A DNA stretch of 63,348 nucleotides from Verrucomicrobiota bacterium (lineage in GTDB: Bacteria; Verrucomicrobiota; Verrucomicrobiia; Limisphaerales; UBA9464), in NCBI GenBank assembly GCA_008933025.1, contig WBXI01000002.1, positions 1 to 63,348 of the forward strand. The letters are read 5' to 3'. Of the stretch, positions 8,701-17,842 are shown piece after piece. The position numbers and the translations under genes were made by a program. Under the pieces are notes generated by a model, which saw nothing but the letters and a program-made list of their open reading frames with translations, had not been told where the DNA came from and ran no database searches. Numbering within the stretch: the first letter of the stretch is position 1; each line of letters starts with the position of its first letter.

Positions 8701-11085
8701 CTACTCATCGCCCCCCATCCACGTCGATTCGCCGCGATCGGTCGCGGTTTCCATCCGTGCGTGGCCCGGCCGAACCCGGATCTCCACCCAGCCTTCCTCG
8801 TCGGTGAAATGTACCCGCCACGGCCCGGCCCGGAGCCGGCTTCGGGCCGCCGGGGTCAACCGATGCGGCGCCGGGCGCGAAGCGCAGCCCACGATCACCC
8901 ATCGGGGCCTCACCGCGCCGAGGAACTCGGGCAACAAGGGTTCGCCATGGCTCGGAATGCCCGCGATCACGACGTCCGCCCGCAGCGCCGCGGGATTCGC
9001 CCGTGCCAAGCGGCGCTGCGCCGCCTCGCCCAACGCCGGCACCAACAGGCATCGAAAGCCCCCCAAATCGCCCGCCAAGACGGCGCCGAGATCGTCCGCG
9101 CGACGTCCCGGCGCGTCGGGTTCCGGCCACAACGCCTGCCAGGGTCCGGATTGCCACCCCGCCACCAGATTCTCCTGGCGGGATGCCACCCGCGGACTCG
9201 ACCTCATCCGTCCGGCGACGGCGCAACGCCGCGGCGGGAGTTCCGCCGCGACCTCGTCCCATCCCCCGCGGAAGCGGGCTTCGGCGACGGCCAGCACGGC
9301 GGTGTCGAGGACGTCGACGCCACGGCTCCGAAGCCACGGCAAGGCCACGCGATCGCCGAACCCGCGTGGCCCGCAATCGACGAGCAGGGAATCAAAGCCC
9401 CGCTCGAAGAACGCCATTTCGCCGCCGGCGGACACGACCAGTCGCGATTCGGCCAATCCGCGGATCCAGACACATGCGGCGGCGGCGAGCCAACCCGCCA
9501 CGACGGCCGTTGCCCGCCGGCGTGCCGGAATGAGGAGCGTATCCCAGCGGGCAACCAGTGCCATGGCCGCGACGTACCCGATCCACCACGGCCATGGTGG
9601 CGAGGCGGTATACCAGTGTCCGGCCGGGAGCTCCGCGGCGCGTTGGCTGGCCCACATCATGCCGTGCATCCAGACCCAGGCGGATTGGTTGAACCACTCG
9701 GAAAGCCAGGGCCACCACGACGCGGTGGCCAGCGCGGCGGCGTTCGCGGTGAGGCACAGGCTGCTCAGGGGCACCACCAGCAGGTTGGCCAACAGGCTGA
9801 CCGGGCTCACAAGGTGGAAATAGTGAACCACCAATGGCGCCGACGCGCACCACGCCGCCAACGAAGACGCCAGGTTCAGCAGCATCAACCGCCGCAAGGG
9901 CTCCGCCCACCGTCGCCACCACGGCCAGTGTGATTCGGGCACCCAAGGATCGAAGGCGATCCACCGGGCGAGTCCCGATTCGATCGAAGCGGTCCACCAT
10001 GCCATGCCCGCGACCACGGCAAACGAGAGTTGGAATCCCGGCTGGAACAACTGCGAGGGATCGAACACCACGATCAGCCATGCCGCCGCCGCGAGGGAAT
10101 TCGGCAGGTCGGACGGCCTCCTCAACGCCCAGCCAGCAGCGACAACCGTCGCCATCACGGCCGAGCGCACGGCGGATGCCTGCCATCCGGTGGCCGCCAC
10201 ATAGCCCCACGCGACGGGAATCACCAGGCAACCGCACCAGCCGCGGCCCACGCCAAACAGGCGGAGCACCTGGACCACCAAGGCCGCGACGAGCGCGATG
10301 TGGAGTCCGCTGATCGCGAACACGTGCAACGTTCCCGCCCGCAGGAACGGCGTCGCCAATTCCCGGGTCAGCCCCGGTTTCCAGCCCAGGGCCTGCGCGC
10401 GGATCAATCGCGCCGCGTCGTCGTCCGGCAATCCCCGGCCCAGCGCCGCGTGGGCCCATGCGAGGAATCGACCGCCGGGATCGGGACCGGCCGGGGCCTC
10501 CAACACCACCACGTCCCGGGATTCTTCCACCCGCAGTTCCCGACGGATGCCCGACACCGCGAAATGCTCCCGCAGGTCGAACGCCCCGGGCAACACCGCG
10601 CCCGCGGGCTCGGCCAACGCGCCGGACATCGCCACCACCATGCCCTCCCGGAGTCCGAGTCCGCGTCCGTCGGCCAGACGCCAACGAATCGTTCCCCGCG
10701 CCGGCTGGTCGTCGCGCGTTCCCTCGCGCCAGCTTTCGACCGCCATCGATCCCCGCGCCGGCACGCGCCCATCGGGGTGTTTCGGGTCGGGCAGACCGAT
10801 GTCCACCGCGTCCAATCGGCCCCGCAGCTCGGCCAGACGCGGCTCGGGACCCGCGAGGGACGCAATCTCGGCCGGACCGGGAATGCGCCACGCCGCATGG
10901 TGCCACGTCCCGGCGGCGGCGAGGGCCACCGGGAGCAGCCACGGCCGCGACTTTTCCAACCCCAGCCAGGCCAGAAGGGCGAGGGCCGCAAGGGCGGCGG
11001 CGGCCGGGGCGGCGGGTTCGAGCCACGCGTCCATGCAAAGGCCGAGCGCGAACGCGCCGAAGGGCAGCAACAGGGGACGATCCAT
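8701..11085 (-). CDS. comEC: ComEC/Rec2 DNA-internalisation channel protein
   Basis: The track ORF starts at TTG 11127; I prefer ATG 11085 (MDRPLLLPFGAFALGLCM). Polytopic ComEC core (LRAGTLHVFAISGLHIALVAALV) and a C-terminal metallo-beta-lactamase-like domain (LLVDCGPRG...). Confidence 0.85.
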   Translation of the reverse strand: MDRPLLLPFGAFALGLCMDAWLEPAAPAAAALAALALLAWLGLEKSRPWLLPVALAAAGTWHHAAWRIPGPAEIASLAGPEPRLAELRGRLDAVDIGLPDPKHPDGRVPARGSMAVESWREGTRDDQPARGTIRWRLADGRGLGLREGMVVAMSGALAEPAGAVLPGAFDLREHFAVSGIRRELRVEESRDVVVLEAPAGPDPGGRFLAWAHAALGRGLPDDDAARLIRAQALGWKPGLTRELATPFLRAGTLHVFAISGLHIALVAALVVQVLRLFGVGRGWCGCLVIPVAWGYVAATGWQASAVRSAVMATVVAAGWALRRPSDLPNSLAAAAWLIVVFDPSQLFQPGFQLSFAVVAGMAWWTASIESGLARWIAFDPWVPESHWPWWRRWAEPLRRLMLLNLASSLAAWCASAPLVVHYFHLVSPVSLLANLLVVPLSSLCLTANAAALATASWWPWLSEWFNQSAWVWMHGMMWASQRAAELPAGHWYTASPPWPWWIGYVAAMALVARWDTLLIPARRRATAVVAGWLAAAACVWIRGLAESRLVVSAGGEMAFFERGFDSLLVDCGPRGFGDRVALPWLRSRGVDVLDTAVLAVAEARFRGGWDEVAAELPPRRCAVAGRMRSSPRVASRQENLVAGWQSGPWQALWPEPDAPGRRADDLGAVLAGDLGGFRCLLVPALGEAAQRRLARANPAALRADVVIAGIPSHGEPLLPEFLGAVRPRWVIVGCASRPAPHRLTPAARSRLRAGPWRVHFTDEEGWVEIRVRPGHARMETATDRGESTWMGGDE

Positions 11086-11099
11086 GTTTGGGCCCGCCG

Positions 11100-11127
11100 A
11101 CCGTAGCAGACGCCGGCCCGGCGCCAA
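11100..11127 (-). promoter_or_regulatory. sigma70-like promoter upstream of comEC
   Basis: On the minus strand: TTGGCG (11127-11122), 16 nt, TACGGT (11105-11100), 14 nt, ATG 11085. Confidence 0.3.
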
Positions 11128-11208
11128 ACCAGGCCGGGATGGCCGCCCCCGCTGCCCGCTCGCAGGCTCCGCGTGCGAAATCCAACGATCCCGCTAACCT
11201 CCCCCGGC

Positions 11209-13278
11209 ATGAGCAAGCCTTCCCTCCGGCGACCCTCCGCGATCCTCACCGGTTGCCTCGCGCTGCTGGCCGCGGGTTGCGTGGCGTATCCCGCTTGCCG
11301 CAACACCGTCCCGATCCCCGCCGGCGATATTCTGGCCGGCACCATGGATCCGTCGGTTCGACCCGGGGACGACTTCTTCGCCCACGCGGTCGGCAGCTGG
11401 CTCCGCCGCAATCCCATCCCTCCGTCCGAAGCCGGCTGGGGCATCGGCAACGCCGTGCGCGAGGAACTCTACGCGAAGCAGCGGCGCATCAACGAACAGG
11501 CCGCCGCCACCAACGCGCCGTCCGGAAGCGACCTCCGCAAACTCGGCGATTTCTGGCGCACGGCCATGGACGAGGATCTCGCCGAACGCACCGGACTCCG
11601 GCCGCTCCGGGCCGAATTGGACCGCATCGATGCCATCGCCGACGTCGGGCAGGTCGTCGACGTCGCATTCTCGCTGGCGCCCTTGGGTGCGGGCGCGTTC
11701 CTCGACCTGTCGATTGCCCCCGACGAGAAGAACAGCGACGAGATGTCGGTGCATGTCGCGCAGGGCGGCCTCGGCCTGCCGGACCGGGACTTCTATTTCA
11801 ATCCCGAGGCGGGCGTCGCCACGATCCGCCGCGAATACACCGGACATCTGGCCCGGATGCTTGGCCTTCTCGGCCACGACGCGGCGACGGCCCGGCGGGC
11901 TGCCGACGGCGTCATGGCCTTCGAAACCGCTTTGGCGAAGGCCTCGCGTTCCCTCGAGGACCTGCGCGATCCCCAACGGAATTACAATCCGATGCCCCCG
12001 GCCGAATTCACCGCGCGCCACACGCCGTCGATCGCGTGGAAGCAGCGGCTCGCGGACTGGGGTCTCCGGCCGGGGAACGTCGTCGTCGGCCAACCGGAGT
12101 TCTTCGCCGCGCTGGACGGGCTGTTGCATGCGACGCCGTTGCCGGTTCTCCGGGACTATCTCCGGTTCCATCTCGTCTCGGCGCACGCGGAAAGTCTCGA
12201 CCGGTCGATCGCGGGGGAAAACTTCCGCTTCTACGGGCAGGTCTTGTCCGGCCAAAAGGAACAGCGTCCGCGCTGGAAGCGGGTCCTGGACTCCGAGGAC
12301 ACCGCCATGGGCATGGTGCTCGGCAGGATTTTCGTCGCGGAATATTTCCCGGCCGAGACCAAGGCGCGCTACGCCGACCTCGTCGAGGCGATCCGCGGGG
12401 CCTACCGCGCGCGCATCGAGCGACTCGACTGGATGACACCGGCCACGAAGGCCAAGGCCCTGAAGAAGCTGGCGGCGGTGAAGGCCAAGGTCGGGTATCC
12501 GGACCGGTGGAAGGATTACTCGCGGCTGGTGGTTGGCCGGGACTCGTACTGCGACAACCTGAAGCGGGCGGCGCGGTGGCGGTTCGACGACATGGTTTCC
12601 AAGTTCGGCAAGCCGGTGGACCGGACCGAATGGTCGATGACGCCCCAGACCTACAACGCCTACTACAACCCTGCCAACAACGAGATCGTGTTGCCCGCCG
12701 CCATTTTCGCGATCCCCGGCATGGCGGACCGCGACGTCGACGACGCGGTCGTCTACGGCTATGCGGGCGCGACCACCATCGGGCACGAGATCACCCACGG
12801 CTTCGACGACCAGGGCCGGCAGTTCGATCCCCACGGCAACATGGAGGACTGGTGGACCGCGGCGGATGCCGCCGAGTTCGGCCGGCGTGCCGGGGGATTG
12901 GTCCGCCAGTTCGACGCCTACGAGCCGCTTCCGGGCATCCACATCAACGGCAAGGCCAGCCTCGGGGAGAACATCGCGGATCTCGGGGGGATCGCGCTGG
13001 GGTTGGACGCCTTCAAGCGCACGCGGCAATACCGCGAGGGCAAGAAGATCGGCGGGCTGACGCCGCTCCAGCGGTATTTCGTGGGCTACGCGCTCGGCTG
13101 GATGCACCAGATCACGGAGGCGTCGCTGCGGCGCAACCTGCTCGGCGACGTGCATGCGCCGGCGAAGTGGCGCGTGCTCGGGCCAGTGGCCAACCTGCCG
13201 GAGTTCTTCGAGGCCTTCGCGATCCAACCCGGCCAACCCATGTGGCGTCCGGAAGCCGAGCGGGTGCGGGTCTGGTAG
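11209..13278 (+). CDS. M13-family zinc metallopeptidase (PepO/neprilysin-like) lipoprotein
   Basis: ATG 11209 with lipobox LLAAGC. Motifs NAYYNPANNEIVLPAAI, HEITHGFDD (HExxH) and GENIADLGG. Confidence 0.9.
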   Translation: MSKPSLRRPSAILTGCLALLAAGCVAYPACRNTVPIPAGDILAGTMDPSVRPGDDFFAHAVGSWLRRNPIPPSEAGWGIGNAVREELYAKQRRINEQAAATNAPSGSDLRKLGDFWRTAMDEDLAERTGLRPLRAELDRIDAIADVGQVVDVAFSLAPLGAGAFLDLSIAPDEKNSDEMSVHVAQGGLGLPDRDFYFNPEAGVATIRREYTGHLARMLGLLGHDAATARRAADGVMAFETALAKASRSLEDLRDPQRNYNPMPPAEFTARHTPSIAWKQRLADWGLRPGNVVVGQPEFFAALDGLLHATPLPVLRDYLRFHLVSAHAESLDRSIAGENFRFYGQVLSGQKEQRPRWKRVLDSEDTAMGMVLGRIFVAEYFPAETKARYADLVEAIRGAYRARIERLDWMTPATKAKALKKLAAVKAKVGYPDRWKDYSRLVVGRDSYCDNLKRAARWRFDDMVSKFGKPVDRTEWSMTPQTYNAYYNPANNEIVLPAAIFAIPGMADRDVDDAVVYGYAGATTIGHEITHGFDDQGRQFDPHGNMEDWWTAADAAEFGRRAGGLVRQFDAYEPLPGIHINGKASLGENIADLGGIALGLDAFKRTRQYREGKKIGGLTPLQRYFVGYALGWMHQITEASLRRNLLGDVHAPAKWRVLGPVANLPEFFEAFAIQPGQPMWRPEAERVRVW

Positions 13279-13764
13279 ACCCACCTTCGCGGCATTCATG
13301 GCGCGGGCGACCCGGGTCTCTTGGCCGGCCTGAATTCGCTGCCGCCGGTGGTGACGCGGGTTGCCCCGCGGCCTCCGGGGCCGCTCCAATGACGGCGCGG
13401 CGGCAAGCCTCCCCCGGGGTCGAACCCTCGATCCACGAGCGACCCGGAGAAGCCTCGCGGCGGGCCGCGGCGCGGTACCGACGGGCCCTCATACGCTTCT
13501 TTGCGCCGATCCCAAGCCCGGCGACAACACTGGCGTGGGCGAACGCCGGCCCGAAAACTCGTCCCGCATTGCGACCCAGATCCCCGTGGGCTCGAAGCGG
13601 ACCGCGTTGGGAACGCGAACGGCGTGGCGGAAACATTTCGCGGACTTCCTGGAGGCCATCGGCATCTCCACGCGCCCGGGTTCCGACGCCCCCTTGAAAA
13701 CCCGGGACCCGGGACGCGAAACCCTTCCCGGGAGCGTGCCGACCGTGTTGAATCGGCGGACATC

Positions 13765-16173
13765 ATGCGCCGCCTTGCCATAGCGCTCGCTTCCGCCCTG
13801 ACCGTCGCTTTCCCGCGCGGCGCAGCCGCCGCACCGTCCGTCGACTTCGACCACGACATCGTGCCGCTCCTGCGCAAGCACTGCGCGGAATGCCACGCGG
13901 GAGACAAACAAAAGGGCGGACTGTCCCTCAACACCCGGGAGACGCTGATGAAAGGCGGCGAGGACGGCCCCGTCGTCAAAACCGGAGACGCCGCCCACAG
14001 CCCCCTGATCGAGGCCGTCCTTGCCGTCGACCCCGACAAGCGGATGCCGCCGAAAGGCCCTGCACTGGAGCCCGGCGAGGTCGCGAGGCTCCGCGCCTGG
14101 ATCGACGGCGGCGTCGTCTGGACGGAAGGCTTCGCCTTCAAGAAGCCCGCCTACGAGCCGCCCCTCAGGCCGCGCCGGCCCGTTCTGCCCGCGGTCCACC
14201 GTGGCCGCACCAATCTCGTCGACCGCATCCTGGACGCCCAACTGGCACGCTCGCGGCAAGCCCGGCCAGCCTCCATCGACGACGCCACGTTCGCGCGGCG
14301 CGTGCACCTCGACCTCGTCGGGCTTCTGCCGAAGCCCGAAGCCTTGGCCGCCTTCCTTGCCGACCGCCGGCCCGACAAGCGCGCCCGCCTCGTCGACGGT
14401 CTGCTCGCCAACGACGTCGGGTATGCGGAGCACTGGCTCTCGTTCTGGAACGATCTTCTCCGCAACGACTATGCCGGCACCGGCTACATCGACGGCGGAC
14501 GCAAGGGGATCGCCACCTGGCTCTACCGCTCGCTGCTCGAGAACAAGCCCTACGACCAATTCGCCCGGGAATTGGTGTCCCCCGGCGCCGAGAGCGAGGG
14601 TTTCTCGCGCGGGATCCAATGGCGCGGGGCCGTCAGCGCCGGCCAGGCCGTTCCCGTCCAGTTCGCGCAGTCGGTCGGCCAGACTTTCCTCGGCATCAAC
14701 CTCAAGTGCGCTTCCTGCCACGACAGCTTCGTGGACCGCTGGAAACTGCAGGAAGCGTACGGGCTCGCGGCGATCTACGCCGACAAACCGCTCGAACTGC
14801 ACCGGTGCGACAAACCCACCGGCAAGATGGCCACGCCCGCGTGGTTGTTCCCGGAGATCGGCCAGATCGACCCGACCAAGCCCGCGCCCGAGCGCCTCGC
14901 GGCATTGGCGCGGTTGCTCACCCATCCCGACAACGGCCGCTTCACCCGCACCATCGTCAACCGCCTCTGGCACCGGCTCATGGGCCGCGGCATCGTCCAT
15001 CCCGTCGACGCGATGCAGACCGCCCCGTGGAACGCCGACCTGCTCGACGCCCTCGCCGTGGATCTCGCGGACCACCGGTACGACCTGAAGTCGACCCTCG
15101 CCTTGATCTGCAAATCGGCCGCCTACCAATCGCGCGCCGAGGTCCGCCGGGCGGGCCAGGACGACCACGGCTACCACTACGCCGGACCGCGCTCGAAACG
15201 CCTCACCGCCGAACAGTTCATCGACGCGCTCTGGCAGATCACCGGGACGGCGCCCGAACGCTTCGATGCGCCCGTCGTCCGCTCCCGCAACGACCCGTCG
15301 CTCAGGACCTCGGGCCGGTGGATCTGGGCTGTCGGGGCGAACCCGCCGCCGGCCGGCGACACCGTCACGTTCCGCCGGACGTTCGAGCTTGCCGCGGCGC
15401 CCGTCGCCGCCGGGGCCGCGATCACCGCGGACAATTCGTATTCCCTGTTCGTCAACGGCAAGAAGGCCAAGTCCGACGACAACTGGGAGACCGTCGAATA
15501 CATCGACCTCGTTCCCCTGCTGCGTGCGGGCACCAACGAGATCGTGGTGCTCGGCCGCAATGGCGGCGACGGGCCCAACCCCGCCGGCGTCTTCTTCGAG
15601 GGCCACTGGCGTTTCAAAGACGGCCGCACCGGGAAGGTCGCGACCGACGGCGACTGGAACTTCGTGCGCGCGAAACCGGATGACCACGGGCAGATCAAGG
15701 ACACCGCCGCGCAATGGCAACCGGTGGCCATCGTCGACGATGGCCCGTGGCGCGACCGCATCGGGAACGACGTCGGCGCCGCACTCGTCCAGGCAACGGT
15801 CGTCGATCGTCCCATGGTGCGCACCGCCTTGCTGAAGAGCGACCTGTTGCAACGGACGCTCGGCCGACCCAACCGGGAACTCATCGTCAGCACCCGGCCC
15901 GACGACCTTTCGACGCTCGAGGCCATGGACCTGAGCAATGGCCCGCTTCTCGCCGCCATGCTTTCCGAGGGCGCCAAGAAGCTGGTGGCCCGCGACTGGA
16001 AGTCGTCGGAGGCACTGGTCGACTGGCTTTACCGCGCCGCCGTGGCCCGGCCGCCCGCCAAGCCCGAGCTCGCGCTTGCCCGCGCGACCGTCGGCCCGAA
16101 GCCGACGGTCGAGGGCGTGGAGGACCTGCTCTGGAGCATGATCCTGCTGCCCGAATTCCAACTCGTCCGTTGA
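13765..16173 (+). CDS. PSCyt1 / DUF1549 (PSCyt2) / DUF1553 (PSD1) family protein
   Basis: ATG 13765 inside ORF 13501..16173. Signal peptide MRRLAIALASALTVAFPRGAAAAP. Haem motifs CAECH (PSCyt1) and CASCHDSFVDRW (DUF1549). A jelly-roll-like insert is present (SYSLFVNGKKA...NEIVVLGRNGG). The C-terminal end LLPEFQLVR is typical of DUF1553. Confidence 0.85.
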   Translation: MRRLAIALASALTVAFPRGAAAAPSVDFDHDIVPLLRKHCAECHAGDKQKGGLSLNTRETLMKGGEDGPVVKTGDAAHSPLIEAVLAVDPDKRMPPKGPALEPGEVARLRAWIDGGVVWTEGFAFKKPAYEPPLRPRRPVLPAVHRGRTNLVDRILDAQLARSRQARPASIDDATFARRVHLDLVGLLPKPEALAAFLADRRPDKRARLVDGLLANDVGYAEHWLSFWNDLLRNDYAGTGYIDGGRKGIATWLYRSLLENKPYDQFARELVSPGAESEGFSRGIQWRGAVSAGQAVPVQFAQSVGQTFLGINLKCASCHDSFVDRWKLQEAYGLAAIYADKPLELHRCDKPTGKMATPAWLFPEIGQIDPTKPAPERLAALARLLTHPDNGRFTRTIVNRLWHRLMGRGIVHPVDAMQTAPWNADLLDALAVDLADHRYDLKSTLALICKSAAYQSRAEVRRAGQDDHGYHYAGPRSKRLTAEQFIDALWQITGTAPERFDAPVVRSRNDPSLRTSGRWIWAVGANPPPAGDTVTFRRTFELAAAPVAAGAAITADNSYSLFVNGKKAKSDDNWETVEYIDLVPLLRAGTNEIVVLGRNGGDGPNPAGVFFEGHWRFKDGRTGKVATDGDWNFVRAKPDDHGQIKDTAAQWQPVAIVDDGPWRDRIGNDVGAALVQATVVDRPMVRTALLKSDLLQRTLGRPNRELIVSTRPDDLSTLEAMDLSNGPLLAAMLSEGAKKLVARDWKSSEALVDWLYRAAVARPPAKPELALARATVGPKPTVEGVEDLLWSMILLPEFQLVR

Positions 16174-16219
16174 CCATTTCCACGCCATATTGTTCCCAGC
16201 CATCCGACGCGCGCAGCCC

Positions 16220-17671
16220 ATGAATCCGATCGCACTCGACCCCTCGAACCCGCGCCGCGACTTCCTCAAGAAGTTGTCGGCCGCGGGTCTGGCCACGTTG
16301 ATGTCGCCCGCACCGCGCCTGCTCGGCGCGACGCCGGACGGGGAAAAACCGGAATCGCCACGGCCGCGGGCCGACGCCTGCATCGTGCTGTGGATGGGCG
16401 GCGGGATGGCGGCGCCGGAGACGTTCGACCCCAAACGCTACAGCCCCTTCGAGAAGGGGCTGCCCGTCGCGAAGATGCTGAGCACCTTCCCGTCGATCGC
16501 GACCTCGGTGGGCGGACTGCGCATTTGCGAGGGGTTGGAGAACATCGCGCGGGTGATGGACCGCGCGACGTTGATCCGGTCGGCGATCCAACCGGATCTC
16601 GGGTCGATCCTGCACTCGCGGCACCAATACCACTGGCACACCGGGTACGTGCCGCCGCAGACCGTCGCCTGCCCGCACATCGGCGCGTGGCTCGCGCGGG
16701 TGCTCGGGCCGCGCAACCCGGTCATGCCGGCCTTCATCAACATCGGCCAACGGCTCGAGGGCCACGGGGAGTCCGAGGAACTCAAGGCCTTCACGACCGC
16801 CGGGTTTTTCGGCAACGAGTTCGGCCCGATGAATCTGCCCGACCCCGTCGCCGCGGCGACCGCGGTGAAACCGCCCAAGGGGATGACCCCGGGCCGGTTC
16901 ACCGACCGGTACCGCTTCTACCGGCAACTCATCGACCGCAATCCCCGCCGGGATTACCTGAGCGACCACCAGCAGGAATCGATGCTGCGGTCGATGGACA
17001 ATGCCCAGCGGTTGCTGGCCTCGAAAGAGAGCGCGGCCTTCGACCTGTCGCTCGAGCCGAAGGAATCGCGCGAGGCCTATGGCGACAGTCATTTTGGCCG
17101 CGGTTGCCTCTTGGCCCGGCGCCTCGTCGAGAACGGCGCCCGGTTCATCGAGGTCACCACCGAGTATGTTCCGTTTTTCCATTGGGACACGCACGCGGAC
17201 GGGCATTCGACGGTCGACCGCATGCATCGGGAGATCGACGCGCCGATCGCGCGGTTGGTGCTCGATCTGGAAGCGCGCGGCCTGCTGGACCGCACCCTGG
17301 TGATCCTGGCCAGCGAGTTCAGCCGGGACGCGTTGATCGAGGGCGTGCCGGGGTCGAAGGCGGCCGACCAGGCGTCGTCGCCGACGGAGAAGCTGCAGGA
17401 GGCCAAGCATTATGGCCTGCACCGCCATTTCACGGGCGGCACGAGCGTGGTGATGTTCGGCGGCGGGATGAAGCGGGGCTTCGTCCACGGCGCGACGGCG
17501 GACGAACGCCCGCTGGTGGCCGTCAAGAATCCGGTGACCATCCGCGACCTGCACGCGACGATCTTCACGGCGATGGGCGTGAGCCCGAAGACGGCGTTCA
17601 CGGTGGAGCAACGCCCGTTTTACGCGACGGAAGACGGCAAGGGCACGCCGGTCGATGCGTTGTTCGCGTGA
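16220..17671 (+). CDS. DUF1501 family protein (sulfatase/alkaline-phosphatase-like), Tat-exported
   Basis: ATG 16220 (the track start 16190 is TTG). Twin-arginine signal SNPRRDFLKKLSAAGLATL. DUF1501-type blocks VLWMGGGMAAPETFDPK, FFHWDTH and ILASEFSRD. It lies 46 nt downstream of the DUF1553 gene. Confidence 0.85.
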   Translation: MNPIALDPSNPRRDFLKKLSAAGLATLMSPAPRLLGATPDGEKPESPRPRADACIVLWMGGGMAAPETFDPKRYSPFEKGLPVAKMLSTFPSIATSVGGLRICEGLENIARVMDRATLIRSAIQPDLGSILHSRHQYHWHTGYVPPQTVACPHIGAWLARVLGPRNPVMPAFINIGQRLEGHGESEELKAFTTAGFFGNEFGPMNLPDPVAAATAVKPPKGMTPGRFTDRYRFYRQLIDRNPRRDYLSDHQQESMLRSMDNAQRLLASKESAAFDLSLEPKESREAYGDSHFGRGCLLARRLVENGARFIEVTTEYVPFFHWDTHADGHSTVDRMHREIDAPIARLVLDLEARGLLDRTLVILASEFSRDALIEGVPGSKAADQASSPTEKLQEAKHYGLHRHFTGGTSVVMFGGGMKRGFVHGATADERPLVAVKNPVTIRDLHATIFTAMGVSPKTAFTVEQRPFYATEDGKGTPVDALFA

Positions 17672-17842
17672 GCCGCGACGGGACGCCCGCGGTCCCCAAA
17701 CGCCGGCTTGGTCCGGAACAATCCACCGAGGCGGGACGCGCAAGCCACCCGGGGCCGTCGTCCCGCCTCCAGTTTCCAAGGGTCACCCGGCCCGGACTTC
17801 GACCCGGCGACCCTTGGTTTCCCGTCCTCCTTGCCCCGAGGC

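Noticed and set aside
13489-16434. 981-aa ORF on the minus strand, one of the longest in the track
   Set aside because: It lies antisense to the well-supported PSCyt/DUF1553 and DUF1501 genes. Its translation is Arg/Gly/Pro/Ala-rich with no motifs, a typical high-GC shadow ORF. The same reasoning applies to 10458..13697(+), 19983..22775(+), 35722..38262(-), 36698..39145(-), 40456..43089(-), 47899..50391(+), 48521..50917(+) and 59863..61899(+).
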